Source: Candidatus Nanohaloarchaea archaeon (GTDB lineage: Archaea; Nanohalarchaeota; Nanosalinia; Nanosalinales; Nanosalinaceae). Taken from it: a stretch of DNA of 24,205 nucleotides. Location: contig JBDGRE010000022.1 in NCBI GenBank assembly GCA_042218325.1, positions 1 through 24,205 of the forward strand. Direction: 5' to 3'. The translations under genes were made by a program, and so were the position numbers. The number at the start of each line of letters is the position of its first letter. Position 1 is the first letter of the stretch. This document shows, piece after piece, positions 1 through 8,198 of the stretch. Under the pieces are notes generated by a model. That model was not told where the DNA came from. It saw only the letters and a list, made by a program, of their open reading frames with translations, and did no database searches.

Positions 1-88
1 CGGGGCTTCAGCATGTACGTTCCGGTCGATTTTCTCCTGACGTTCCCGGAAAGATAACAGATTTCAAGTAGAGGTGTGAAACGGGCCT

Positions 89-1078
89 GTGAGGCCAGAA
101 GCCGTAGAGGATATGCTGGTAGCGGAACTCGAGGAAGTGATCGGAGAGGTACAGGACGCATGGGAGCTGGAGGAGGGCCTGAACACAGTCTACGTACTTG
201 AGACCGGACGAGGGGAGTATGTGCTGAAAGCGCGCACCAACGACCGGAACGAACTCTCCTGGTTCAGGGCCGAGCCCCGGATATACTCCATGCTTGAAGA
301 CCGGGAAAACGTGCCGTCGCCGAGGGTCCTGTATACCGACCTTTCCCGCGAAAGGTATGAGAACGCGTTCTATGTCATGGAAAGGCTGGAGGGCCGGAAC
401 GCCGATTCTGTCCGTGATGAGATGAGTGAGAGGCAGCTCGAGCTCGTGCTCCGGCAGTACGGCCGCATACTTGGCGAGATACATTCAGCACACAGTTTCG
501 AGGGTTACGGGATGCTGGCCGGCGAGGCGGGGGAGCTGCGTGTCGAGGATGCCGCAGAGATTTGGCCGTGCGCGCTGGAGGGCTCTACGGACTCATGGAT
601 AGAGCGGATAGAGGACGGCTGGGAAAACGTGGAAATCGGCCGGCCATCTGAAGAAGAGATAAGGGCAACCGTGCCCGGTGACCCAGGCGCATCCCTGGCC
701 CACATGGATAACAGGCTGGACAACCTGCTGGTAAAGGACGGCGATATAACCGGTTTCCTGGACTGGAGCCACCCGGAGACGGCGGACCCGGAGTACGACC
801 TTTACACGGCCGAATACCTTCTCATCGACTGGGACCTTTCGTTCAGGGAAGAGCCTGTAGACCACGAGAAGATGCGGGAGGCGCTTTTCAGTGGCTACGA
901 AGAAGCCCGGCCGCGGGAGGAGGTGTCCCGGGAGCGGAGGCGACTGTACCGCTACGCGACCGTCCTCTGGCTCATGTCCGGCTTCCTGAACTGGGGGTCG
1001 GGCTTTCCAGAAGAGAAGAAGCGCCGGTTCAGGAAAGACCTCAGGGAAAGGTTGGAACGTGAAAAACCGGGGCTCTAA
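89..1078 (+). CDS. Aminoglycoside phosphotransferase / choline kinase-like (APH family) protein
   Basis: N-lobe 'GLNTVYVL...EYVLK', Brenner motif 'HMDNRLDNLL', metal-binding 'GFLDW', then 'ADPEYDL'. Start is GTG 89 or ATG 113. Confidence 0.85.
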   Translation: MRPEAVEDMLVAELEEVIGEVQDAWELEEGLNTVYVLETGRGEYVLKARTNDRNELSWFRAEPRIYSMLEDRENVPSPRVLYTDLSRERYENAFYVMERLEGRNADSVRDEMSERQLELVLRQYGRILGEIHSAHSFEGYGMLAGEAGELRVEDAAEIWPCALEGSTDSWIERIEDGWENVEIGRPSEEEIRATVPGDPGASLAHMDNRLDNLLVKDGDITGFLDWSHPETADPEYDLYTAEYLLIDWDLSFREEPVDHEKMREALFSGYEEARPREEVSRERRRLYRYATVLWLMSGFLNWGSGFPEEKKRRFRKDLRERLEREKPGL

Positions 1079-1106
1079 GACCTGGAAGGTAATGTGGCAG
1101 CGACCA

Positions 1107-1114
1107 TATTAAAA
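1107..1114 (+). promoter_or_regulatory. TATA box of the MMPL operon
   Basis: TATTAAAA about 30 nt upstream of the start of the MMPL-like reading frame, in a locally AT-rich gap. Confidence 0.55.
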
Positions 1115-1120
1115 GGTTTG

Positions 1121-1145
1121 TGTATAATAGTTGAACAAAATTACA
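1121..1145. promoter_or_regulatory. Palindromic operator, copy 1
   Basis: TGTA-TAATA-GTTGAAC-AAAAT-TACA. Same spacing as the copies at 7794-7818 and 8159-8183. Lies between the TATA box and the coding region. Confidence 0.75.
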
Positions 1146-1148
1146 TAA

Positions 1149-2178
1149 GAATTTCTCGAGAGGGTCACAGAGATACAGGAGGAACACGCCCTGGAAGTTT
1201 TCCTCTTCTTCCTTTTCCTGACCGTGGCGATGGTCCCCAGCATGGGAAGAGTAGAGACCATCGTTGCGCTGGAGAACATGATGCCCTCGAGTTCCACCCC
1301 GGTCGAAGGTTTCAACGACCTGCGAGCAGAAGGAATAGGCAAGGACTCGATAGCCGTCGTGGTGCGGACAGGTACCAGCGACGAGGGCCCGGAAGTACAT
1401 CGACTACCTCAGCAACGAGACCGCGGACATATACGGTGTCACCACCGTCTACAACCCGCTGGAGCGGGAAGGTCTCGTGGACAGGAAGAAGCAGACCGCG
1501 GTGATAATCGCCAATACTTACATGGGTGACTCGGGCAAGGAGATGGGACGCATATTCGAAGAGGTACGGGAAGAATCAGGTTACAACAGACCGGAGGGAG
1601 TCGAGACCCAGGTATCCGGCGTTCCGGCGGTCCAGCAGCGTCTTTCGAGCATGGTTGAGCGGGACAAGAACGTCAACACGGCGATATCGCTTGTTCTCGT
1701 CTTCCTCATCACTCTATCGCTGTTCCAGGGATCTCTTACTTCCTCCCTGATGCCGCTACTTGTCGTGGCGCTCTCGGTGGTCTGGCTCTACGGGACGATG
1801 GGGTATCTCGGTATCCCGCTTTCGACGCTCGCAGGGTCCGTTGCCGCCCTGGTCATAGGCATCGGTATCGACTACTCGGTGCACATACTCAATACCTACA
1901 GGTTCCACAGACGCGACAACACCATCTAGGAGGCGCTCTCTGAGGCAGTAGGTGAGACAGGTGTAGCCATCGTGGCGACCTCCATAACCACCATCAGCGC
2001 ATTCCTTGCGTTCCTGGCGGGGAAGATGCCCGAGATGCACCGGTTCGGCCTGATAATGTCGATAGGTATCGGCTACGCGCTGCTCTTCAGCTTCTTCCTT
2101 CTCCCCAGCGTCTTCGTGCTTGAGGAGCGGCTGATCCAGAAAATCCATGAATCAGTCGAGTGGAGGCACGATTTCTGA
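1149..2178 (+). pseudogene. Disrupted half-size MMPL/RND-family transporter
   Basis: Reading frame EFLERVTEIQEEHALEVFLFFLFLTVAMVP... has no start codon (TAA at 1146-1148). A frameshift near 1390 leads to KYIDYLSNETADIYGV..., with the MMPL motif 'IGIGIDYSVHI'. An in-frame TAG at 1927-1929 is followed by EALSEAVGETGVAIVATSITTISAFLAF, ending at TGA 2178. Confidence 0.85.
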
Positions 2179-3239
2179 TGATAGTGGAAGACCTCGCGGC
2201 ACGACTCGTCGAGTACCAGGTGGAAAACCCTTACAGGATGCTGGCGATACTCGGGATGCTGACCCTCGTGGCTTTACCAGGCATGACACAGCTGCAGGTG
2301 AAGCCGAGCACCGAGGCCATACTGCCCTCGGACGACCCCGTCGTGGAGTCGCTCGACACACTGAGAGCGAAGTTCTCGGCCGACACCACCTACGTGGTCA
2401 TCCAGTCGGGTAACGATGTTAGGACTCACGAAACCATGCAGAAGCTGCTCAGGATAGAGAGAAGGATAGAGCTACAGGAGAACGTGGCCGCCGTCAACTC
2501 TCCTGCCTCGATACTGCAGCAAAAGTACGGTGAGATACCACGGGACGCGGACAGGCTCGAGAACACGGATTACGGCAACCTGGTGACGGGTGACTACCGC
2601 ACCGCTGTCGTATCGGTCCGCGCCGACACCCAGGCGAACTCCGGCGAGATAGGGAAGCTCCACGACAGCATAATCCAGGTAGTGTCGTCCGAGAGCCCCG
2701 GAACCGGGTATTACCTGACAGGCTACAATATGATAGACCTTGCGACGTTCCAGGTCATCATCAGGGACTTCATGAGGATAACGCTCGTTTCGTTCGCCGC
2801 CGTCACGGCGGTGCTGTACGGGGTCTTCCGGGACCTGGAGAGGATGTTCCTGCCTATGGTCCCTGTGATGTTCGCACTGGTGTGGATGCTGGGGCTCGGG
2901 GGATACCTGGGGGCCGACCTGACCATCATCTCGATGGTTTCGGCCGCTATGATAATGGGTCTCGGTATCGACTTCGGCATCCACGTCACGAAGAAGTACT
3001 ACTCGACTTCCCGGGGGAGGGAAGGACTCTCCGAGACCATGACCGAGCTCTCGAGGGGGCTGCTGGGCGGCTCCATGACCACGGGCGTTGGCTTCCTGGC
3101 GCTGCTGTTCGCCAACCTCTCAGGTATGCACTCTCTCGGCATATTCCTTTTCACAGGTATAATGTCGGCCTACGTGGGCGCCGTGTTCCTGCTTCCAACC
3201 CTGATAACCCTTGTAGACGGCACAGAGCCGGTCGCATGA
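2178..3239 (+). CDS. Half-size MMPL/RND-family transporter
   Basis: N-terminal TM helix, extracytoplasmic loop, then about 5 TM helices with 'MGLGIDFGIHV' and 'GSMTTGVGFLAL'. ATG 2178 overlaps the upstream TGA (TGATG). Confidence 0.9.
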   Translation: MIVEDLAARLVEYQVENPYRMLAILGMLTLVALPGMTQLQVKPSTEAILPSDDPVVESLDTLRAKFSADTTYVVIQSGNDVRTHETMQKLLRIERRIELQENVAAVNSPASILQQKYGEIPRDADRLENTDYGNLVTGDYRTAVVSVRADTQANSGEIGKLHDSIIQVVSSESPGTGYYLTGYNMIDLATFQVIIRDFMRITLVSFAAVTAVLYGVFRDLERMFLPMVPVMFALVWMLGLGGYLGADLTIISMVSAAMIMGLGIDFGIHVTKKYYSTSRGREGLSETMTELSRGLLGGSMTTGVGFLALLFANLSGMHSLGIFLFTGIMSAYVGAVFLLPTLITLVDGTEPVA

Positions 3240-4534
3240 AAATAGATGCTATGAAACGAACCACACACTTCGGAATCAAGTTCGCACTCGAGATCACAAC
3301 CCTCCTATCAGTTACAGGGACCGTTTCCGCGGTCCCACTGCTCGACGCGGTGAGCTACGACCCTGCCTTCATAACGGCGGGAGACCGCGTAAACATCTCG
3401 GCCAACCTCCACGAGACACAGACGACGGAGAGCTCGTGGAACCCCGACAGGCAACTGAAGGTGGTCCTGGTGCCGGACAACCGCCTGGCGGAGGAGTACG
3501 TCACCATCGAGGACGCCAGGGACGAGTCTATCGGCTTCCTCTATCCTGACGGCGTCTGGAACCAGAGGTTCCAGGTAAGGGTGCACAGCGACGCACCTAC
3601 GGGTAAGTACGATTTCGAGCTCCACATCCAGTACCTCGAAAACGGGGAGCCCGTCAAGATCCAGACACGGGACGGGGGCACCACCCTCACCTACGTCGAG
3701 GACTTCACGATATCGGTCGACAACGAGTGCGTAGACCTCACCACAAACGTCCTGGAGACGGAACCGTCGGTTCCGAGGCCGGGAGACGACCAAGTCGAGA
3801 TGCAGCTCGAGTTCACCAACACCGGGAACAAGCCGGTAGAGGATATCGAGCTGCTGCCCCGGACCCCGGAACACGTTACGCCTTCCTTCTCGGGCGACAA
3901 GAAGTTCTATGTGGACAGGCTCGACCCGGGAAAAACATCCAGGAAGACTCTCTCGCTCGACCTCGACGAGGAACTGGAGCCCGGCCTCCACCGCGTCAAC
4001 ATATCTGCCAGCTACGAGGACGAGGACGGCAACCCCTACTCCGAGCAACTCGACGCACCTCTCAGAGTCGAGGGCCGGCCTGACCTTGAGCTAGTCGGCT
4101 CCGGCACAGAGATGAAGGCAGGCGAGACCTCACAGCTCCGGCTGAAGATCCGGAACAGAGGCGCACAGGACGCCGAATCGGTCACGGCCCGAGTCATAGC
4201 GGAGAGGACCCAGCCGTTCTCGCTGGCCGACCGCTCCAGCTACATCGGGGAGATAGAGGCCGGTGAAACGGCAGCGGCGATCCTCGACGTGAAGGCCGAC
4301 CGTTCAGCTACACTCCGCACACACCAGCTCAAGATCCAGCTGCGGGCGAACGGCAACTCGGAAGAGGGAGACCATTCAGTCTATACCTTCACGGAAAAGG
4401 AAGAGGTCAAACTCACAGGAAGGACCCGTTCCCTCCTGGTATACGCCGGTATAGCGGCGACCCTTCTGGTGCTCGCCGCCGCGGCCTACCGGTACGGGAA
4501 AAAACCCGCGAGAACCGGGGGAGGTGAGAACTGA
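3236..4534 (+). CDS. COG1361 / S-layer-domain (CARDB/Ig-like repeat) membrane-anchored protein
   Basis: Signal-like N-terminus, repeated Ig-like motifs ('LEFTNTGNKPVEDI', 'LKIRNRGAQDAESV', 'YIGEIEAGE'), C-terminal TM helix with basic tail. ATGA overlap at 3236. This family commonly sits next to archaeal RND genes. Confidence 0.8.
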   Translation: MKIDAMKRTTHFGIKFALEITTLLSVTGTVSAVPLLDAVSYDPAFITAGDRVNISANLHETQTTESSWNPDRQLKVVLVPDNRLAEEYVTIEDARDESIGFLYPDGVWNQRFQVRVHSDAPTGKYDFELHIQYLENGEPVKIQTRDGGTTLTYVEDFTISVDNECVDLTTNVLETEPSVPRPGDDQVEMQLEFTNTGNKPVEDIELLPRTPEHVTPSFSGDKKFYVDRLDPGKTSRKTLSLDLDEELEPGLHRVNISASYEDEDGNPYSEQLDAPLRVEGRPDLELVGSGTEMKAGETSQLRLKIRNRGAQDAESVTARVIAERTQPFSLADRSSYIGEIEAGETAAAILDVKADRSATLRTHQLKIQLRANGNSEEGDHSVYTFTEKEEVKLTGRTRSLLVYAGIAATLLVLAAAAYRYGKKPARTGGGEN

Positions 4535-4719
4535 TGAGAAGCAAGAAGAAGTTCATGAGGAGGCTCGCCGGCACCATGGTAACAGCAGGATTCATAGGAG
4601 GATGGTTCATCCACCCGTACATCTACCTGCACGACCTTTTCGTCGGCCTCAACATTCTGCAGAGCTCCTTCACGGGTTTCTGCCCTCCAGAGGACTTCTA
4701 CGACAGGTACCTCGGGTAG
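4534..4719 (+). CDS. DUF2892 / YgaP-like small membrane protein
   Basis: 'RRLAGTMV...FVGLNILQSSFTGFCP' signature. RBS GGAGGTGA at 4520-4527. Confidence 0.85.
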   Translation: MRSKKKFMRRLAGTMVTAGFIGGWFIHPYIYLHDLFVGLNILQSSFTGFCPPEDFYDRYLG

Positions 4720-4723
4720 AACG

Positions 4724-5851
4724 TCAGCCAAGAACCGCTATCTCCCTGAGCGCGGACAGGAAACCCTCGATGTCGTCCTCGCTGTTGTAGAGGTGCAGCG
4801 AGGCCCTCAAAGTCGGCCGCTCCCCATGTGACTCGAACCAGGAATGGACGCAGTGCATGCCAGACCTTACGGCGATATCACGCTGGTCGAGCATGAGCGA
4901 GGCCTGGTTCGCACCGAGGTTCCCGACGCGGAGCGATACAACTCCCGGCGCCTGGGAGCCGACGTTCTCGACGCCTCCGATATCATATATTCCACTGTAG
5001 AGCCTCTCCGTCAGCTCTTTCTCGTGCTTATGGATTTCCGACATGCCGATTTCCCCCAAGTACTCCGCAGCCTCGCCGAATCCTATGATGCCGGCGATGT
5101 TGGGAAGCCCTGATTCGAAGCCATGCGGGAACTCCTTCCGGTCGTGCGTCCTGAAAGCAGAGCTCCTCACGCCGCCACCACCCAGCTTCAGCGGCTCCAC
5201 GCTGTCTTTAACCCGGTCAGCGACGTAGAGGGCTCCAGTTCCCGAGGGTCCGAGCATCTTGTGACCGGAGAACGCGACGAAGTCTGGGTCGATTTCCCTA
5301 ACGGAGAAAGGACGGTGAGGTATGCTCTGGGCCGCGTCCACCATGAAGTGCGCCCCCTTTTCCTTCACGACTTTCGAGACCTCCCGGACCGGTATCTCGT
5401 GGCCGTCAAGGTTCGACACGTGGACGAGCGAGACGAGGTCACCCTCCCGTAGCTCCGATTGAAGGCGGGCGACAAAGTCGTCGCCTGTCTCCACGACCTC
5501 TACACCGGCAGGGGAGCGCTGCCACGGCACCAGGTTGGAGTTGTGCTCCCTATCCGAGACCAGGACGCGGTCGTAGTCGAAGCCGCGCGCGACCGCGTTG
5601 ATGGACTCCGTGGTACCGGAGGTAAAGGCCAGATTACCGCGGTCTGCGTCGATGAAGCTGGCGATGCGCTCCCGGGCGTTTTCCATCTTCTCCGTCGCGG
5701 TCTCGGAGAGCTCGTGGTTGCCCCTTCCCGGGCATGCAGGATAGTTCTCGTAGTACTCTTCGACCGCTTCTATCACCCTGTGAGGTCTCAGCGACATGCA
5801 GGCGCTGTCCAGGTAGACCTGCTTGAAATCCGGGAAGTCCTGACGTCTCAT
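4724..5851 (-). CDS. sufS: Cysteine desulfurase, SufS-like (class V PLP enzyme)
   Basis: 'VYLDSAC', 'EHNSNLVPW', 'VDAAQS', PLP-lysine motif 'FSGHKMLGP', catalytic Cys in 'VRSGMHC', 'LRASLHLYN'. ATG 5851 overlaps the upstream stop. Confidence 0.9.
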   Translation of the reverse strand: MRRQDFPDFKQVYLDSACMSLRPHRVIEAVEEYYENYPACPGRGNHELSETATEKMENARERIASFIDADRGNLAFTSGTTESINAVARGFDYDRVLVSDREHNSNLVPWQRSPAGVEVVETGDDFVARLQSELREGDLVSLVHVSNLDGHEIPVREVSKVVKEKGAHFMVDAAQSIPHRPFSVREIDPDFVAFSGHKMLGPSGTGALYVADRVKDSVEPLKLGGGGVRSSAFRTHDRKEFPHGFESGLPNIAGIIGFGEAAEYLGEIGMSEIHKHEKELTERLYSGIYDIGGVENVGSQAPGVVSLRVGNLGANQASLMLDQRDIAVRSGMHCVHSWFESHGERPTLRASLHLYNSEDDIEGFLSALREIAVLG

Positions 5852-6255
5852 CCCGTGACACCCGCCAGACTTTTTGCAGAACCCACTGCGGTGTTGAGAA
5901 GGGGGGAGCCGGCTTCCAGCGAGCAACCGCCCTGGGCCGCGGCGCCCGCGCAGTTGCCGTAGACCACGTAGTTGAACAGGCTGAACGCGGAGTAGGCGCC
6001 GGTCAACAGCAGCGCAATGAGGAGAACCCAGCTGAACAACTCGAAATGCCGGCTGAGAATTTTCGCTGCCCGGGGACTGTAATCAAGCGTCTTGCCGATG
6101 ACGGAGGCCTTGACACGGTCCTCCGGATCAGTCTCGCAGGGCTCCCCTTTCACTCGGCGGGTGACGCAGTCAAACGCCTCCGCCGCGAGAGCCCTGTGAC
6201 TGGCCGAGAATATCCCCAGTATGCCGAATACCAGCAGCGAGAGCAGGCATATCAT
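5848..6255 (-). CDS. Cys-rich hypothetical membrane protein (2 TM)
   Basis: Hydrophobic N-terminus 'MICLLSLLVFGILGIFS', second TM 'LFSWVLLIALLL', five Cys. Translationally coupled to the osmC-like gene and sufS. Confidence 0.75.
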   Translation of the reverse strand: MICLLSLLVFGILGIFSASHRALAAEAFDCVTRRVKGEPCETDPEDRVKASVIGKTLDYSPRAAKILSRHFELFSWVLLIALLLTGAYSAFSLFNYVVYGNCAGAAAQGGCSLEAGSPLLNTAVGSAKSLAGVTG

Positions 6256-6683
6256 CAGTTCAAGATGCTCAAGTCCACCGGGGTCTCGTGGCTTATGTTG
6301 TCCCTGACCGGGCAGCGGTTCTCCGCTTCCTCGAATACCTCTCTCAAGACGTCCTCGTCAGCGTCAGACTCCACATCGACCTCGAGTTCTATGCCCTTGA
6401 ATCCGGCCCGGTCGCCTGTTTCCTCACCCTGGAACTTGGCAGGGTTGAGCTCGCCCGACGCTGTTATTGTCAGGCCGTACATTTCGACCCCCCTTTCCTC
6501 CGCCACGAGGTGCGCGACGACGTTGAAGCAGCCGGTGAGTGCGCCCAGCTCGTACTCAACGGGGTTGGGTGCGGAGCCGGTCCCTCCATGCTCCTCGGGC
6601 TCGTCGACCTCGAAGCTGTAACCCCTGACGTTTACCTGTACCTTGGTCGGGTTCTTGCTCTCTGCTATTACTTCGGCTTCCAT
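6255..6683 (-). CDS. OsmC/Ohr family protein
   Basis: 'VDEPEEHGGTGSAPNPVEYELGALTGC' and second Cys in 'AENRCPVRDNI'. Confidence 0.92.
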   Translation of the reverse strand: MEAEVIAESKNPTKVQVNVRGYSFEVDEPEEHGGTGSAPNPVEYELGALTGCFNVVAHLVAEERGVEMYGLTITASGELNPAKFQGEETGDRAGFKGIELEVDVESDADEDVLREVFEEAENRCPVRDNISHETPVDLSILN

Positions 6684-6809
6684 GTTATCATATAGGCTTC
6701 TGTACCACGGAAATAAAACCGGTCTGGTAGAGGATTCAAACTACGGAGAAGTTCCACGACTTCAAACATCCGGAAAACGGGTGAAGATCTTCAATTAAAT
6801 CAGCAGGTT

Positions 6810-7488
6810 TCACATTTTTCCTCTCACAAGTTCCACTTCATCCGCTTCCCGCCAGTAACGGAAGTTGTCGCTGAAGCTGTCGATATAGGAATTGGGATCC
6901 AGCGAGGAGACTTTCCTTGCGTCCGCAACCGCCGCGTCTATCCGTGAAGGTGGCAGTTCTTCCTGGAGGCGCTCAACCACCATGTCAAGAGATTCGCCGG
7001 TATCGTAGTAGTCATCCACCACGAGAAGATTACCGGCGCTATCAGGTTCCTCTATGAATTCCAGGCCATAAGCCCTTCATGCCCCCGGCGAGAGGCATCT
7101 ACGCTGTAGACTTCGACTCCGTGAAGGAGGCCTGCAGCCTTCGCGAACGGATCGCCGCTGAAATCCACACCCACTATCTTCATATCCTCGGCAGGTCCTC
7201 TCTTTCAAGCCTCCACAGGAAATTATCGATCTTCGTCTCATCGAGAGGGTCGAACCTGTAATCATCCAGATCTGCAGTAACGGCTGTCTCATCCGGCTCT
7301 CTCAGTTCATAGGGCGTCTCCGGGAAATCGAACCCCAGTCTATCGTCGAGAAAATCCCTGTACAAAGGTCGGAGAGTATCAGGTCTTTCCTGGACCTGTG
7401 AAACAGCGGCTTCGCCGCTGTAGAAAAGCTCCTTGGCCTTCCGGTACTGCGACCAGGCTATCTTGACATCCTCAGGGCCCGAAACCAG
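6810..7488 (-). pseudogene. Frameshifted type I phosphoribosyltransferase
   Basis: Three collinear frames: LVSGPEDVKIAW...LEREDL, shift near 7186 to (E)DMKIVGVDFSGDPFAKAAGLLHGVEVYSVDASRRG, shift near 7075 to AYGLEFIEEPDSAGNLLVVDDYYDTGESL (PRPP-binding motif). No ATG; CTG at 7488 follows a TAA by one codon. Confidence 0.7.
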
Positions 7489-7541
7489 GGGTTAAATCCT
7501 GCTCTCAAATCTTTTTATCGGGCTGCGGAAAAAGTAAGAAT

Positions 7542-7787
7542 TCAGGCTCCCTGCTTTTCTATGGCCTGTTCTATCTTGGCAGACTGGAAGCCCACGACCG
7601 CGGTGTCGCCGATTAAGGTCTGGGGTACACCGCGCTGTCCTGTCTTCTCCACCATCTCCTTCGCTTTCTCGCGGTCCTCGGCCACGTTGTGTTCGATGTA
7701 GTCGTAGCCGTTCTCCTCGAGCCACTGCTTGATCCTGGTGCAGTAAGGGCACGAAGGCGTAGTGAAGACTTCTATGTCCTCCTTCAT
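7542..7787 (-). CDS. Glutaredoxin-like / NrdH-redoxin
   Basis: 'FTTPSCPYC' active site, 'GQRGVPQTLIG', 'VVGF'. Confidence 0.93.
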   Translation of the reverse strand: MKEDIEVFTTPSCPYCTRIKQWLEENGYDYIEHNVAEDREKAKEMVEKTGQRGVPQTLIGDTAVVGFQSAKIEQAIEKQGA

Positions 7788-7793
7788 AATATG

Positions 7794-7818
7794 TGTAACT
7801 ATGTTGAACTTTTATACA
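7794..7818. promoter_or_regulatory. Palindromic operator, copy 2
   Basis: (G)TGTA-ACTAT-GTTGAAC-TTTTA-TACA(C), 6 nt upstream of the glutaredoxin ATG. Confidence 0.75.
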
Positions 7819-7826
7819 CGTTATGG

Positions 7827-8156
7827 TCAGAGGTCTTCGAGGACCTCGAGCCTGTCCTTCTCCCACTCCTCCATGCGGCGTTCTATCTCGGCCTTCAGAT
7901 CTTGCTTGTCAGGCACCGAGTACACGTAGTACCGGCCGCGCTTGCCTTCCTCGACCACCCCCTCCCGTTCTACAAGCCCCGCGCTTCGCAGCTTCGAAAG
8001 GTAGCGCTGCACAGTGGAACGGTCTTTTCCAAGCTCGTCCGCGATATCCGAGGCCCTGGCCTCGTTGTCGCAGAGATAGTACATGACCTCGGTCTCGGAG
8101 CCGGAAAGGTTGTAAAGCAGTTTCAAAAGCTCCTTTATCTCGGAAGGACACCTCAT
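7827..8156 (-). CDS. Winged-HTH transcriptional regulator, TrmB-like / COG3355 (OxsR-like)
   Basis: 'ASDIADELGKDRSTVQRYLSKLRSAGLVER', wing 'GRYYVYS', C-terminal dimerisation helix with conserved W. ATG 8156 (MRCPSE) is preferred because the upstream extension overlaps the operator. Confidence 0.88.
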   Translation of the reverse strand: MRCPSEIKELLKLLYNLSGSETEVMYYLCDNEARASDIADELGKDRSTVQRYLSKLRSAGLVEREGVVEEGKRGRYYVYSVPDKQDLKAEIERRMEEWEKDRLEVLEDL

Positions 8157-8158
8157 AG

Positions 8159-8183
8159 TGTAAAACTGTTCAACAAGATGTAA
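8159..8183. promoter_or_regulatory. Palindromic operator, copy 3 (one arm degenerate)
   Basis: TGTA-AAACT-GTTCAAC-AAGAT-GTAA, 2 nt upstream of the regulator's own ATG. Confidence 0.65.
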
Positions 8184-8198
8184 AACGCTTTCCACGGG

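Noticed and set aside
1131-1148. TTG at 1131 as start of the first MMPL gene
   Set aside because: It lies inside the palindromic operator, close to the TATA box, and is followed by TAA five codons later.
1927-1929. In-frame TAG as programmed amber readthrough (pyrrolysine or recoding)
   Set aside because: The same gene also has a frameshift and no start codon. TAG terminates other genes here (e.g. DUF2892, DP1), and no pyl genes are visible.
2882-3235. N-terminal extension of the 550-aa ORF
   Set aside because: It overlaps the MMPL gene in another frame and has Arg/His/Gly-rich shadow composition. The ATGA coupling at 3236 gives a better start.
6684-6809. Fourth operator copy upstream of the osmC-like gene
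   Set aside because: Only TGTA matches (6701); the central GTTGAAC and distal TACA are absent.
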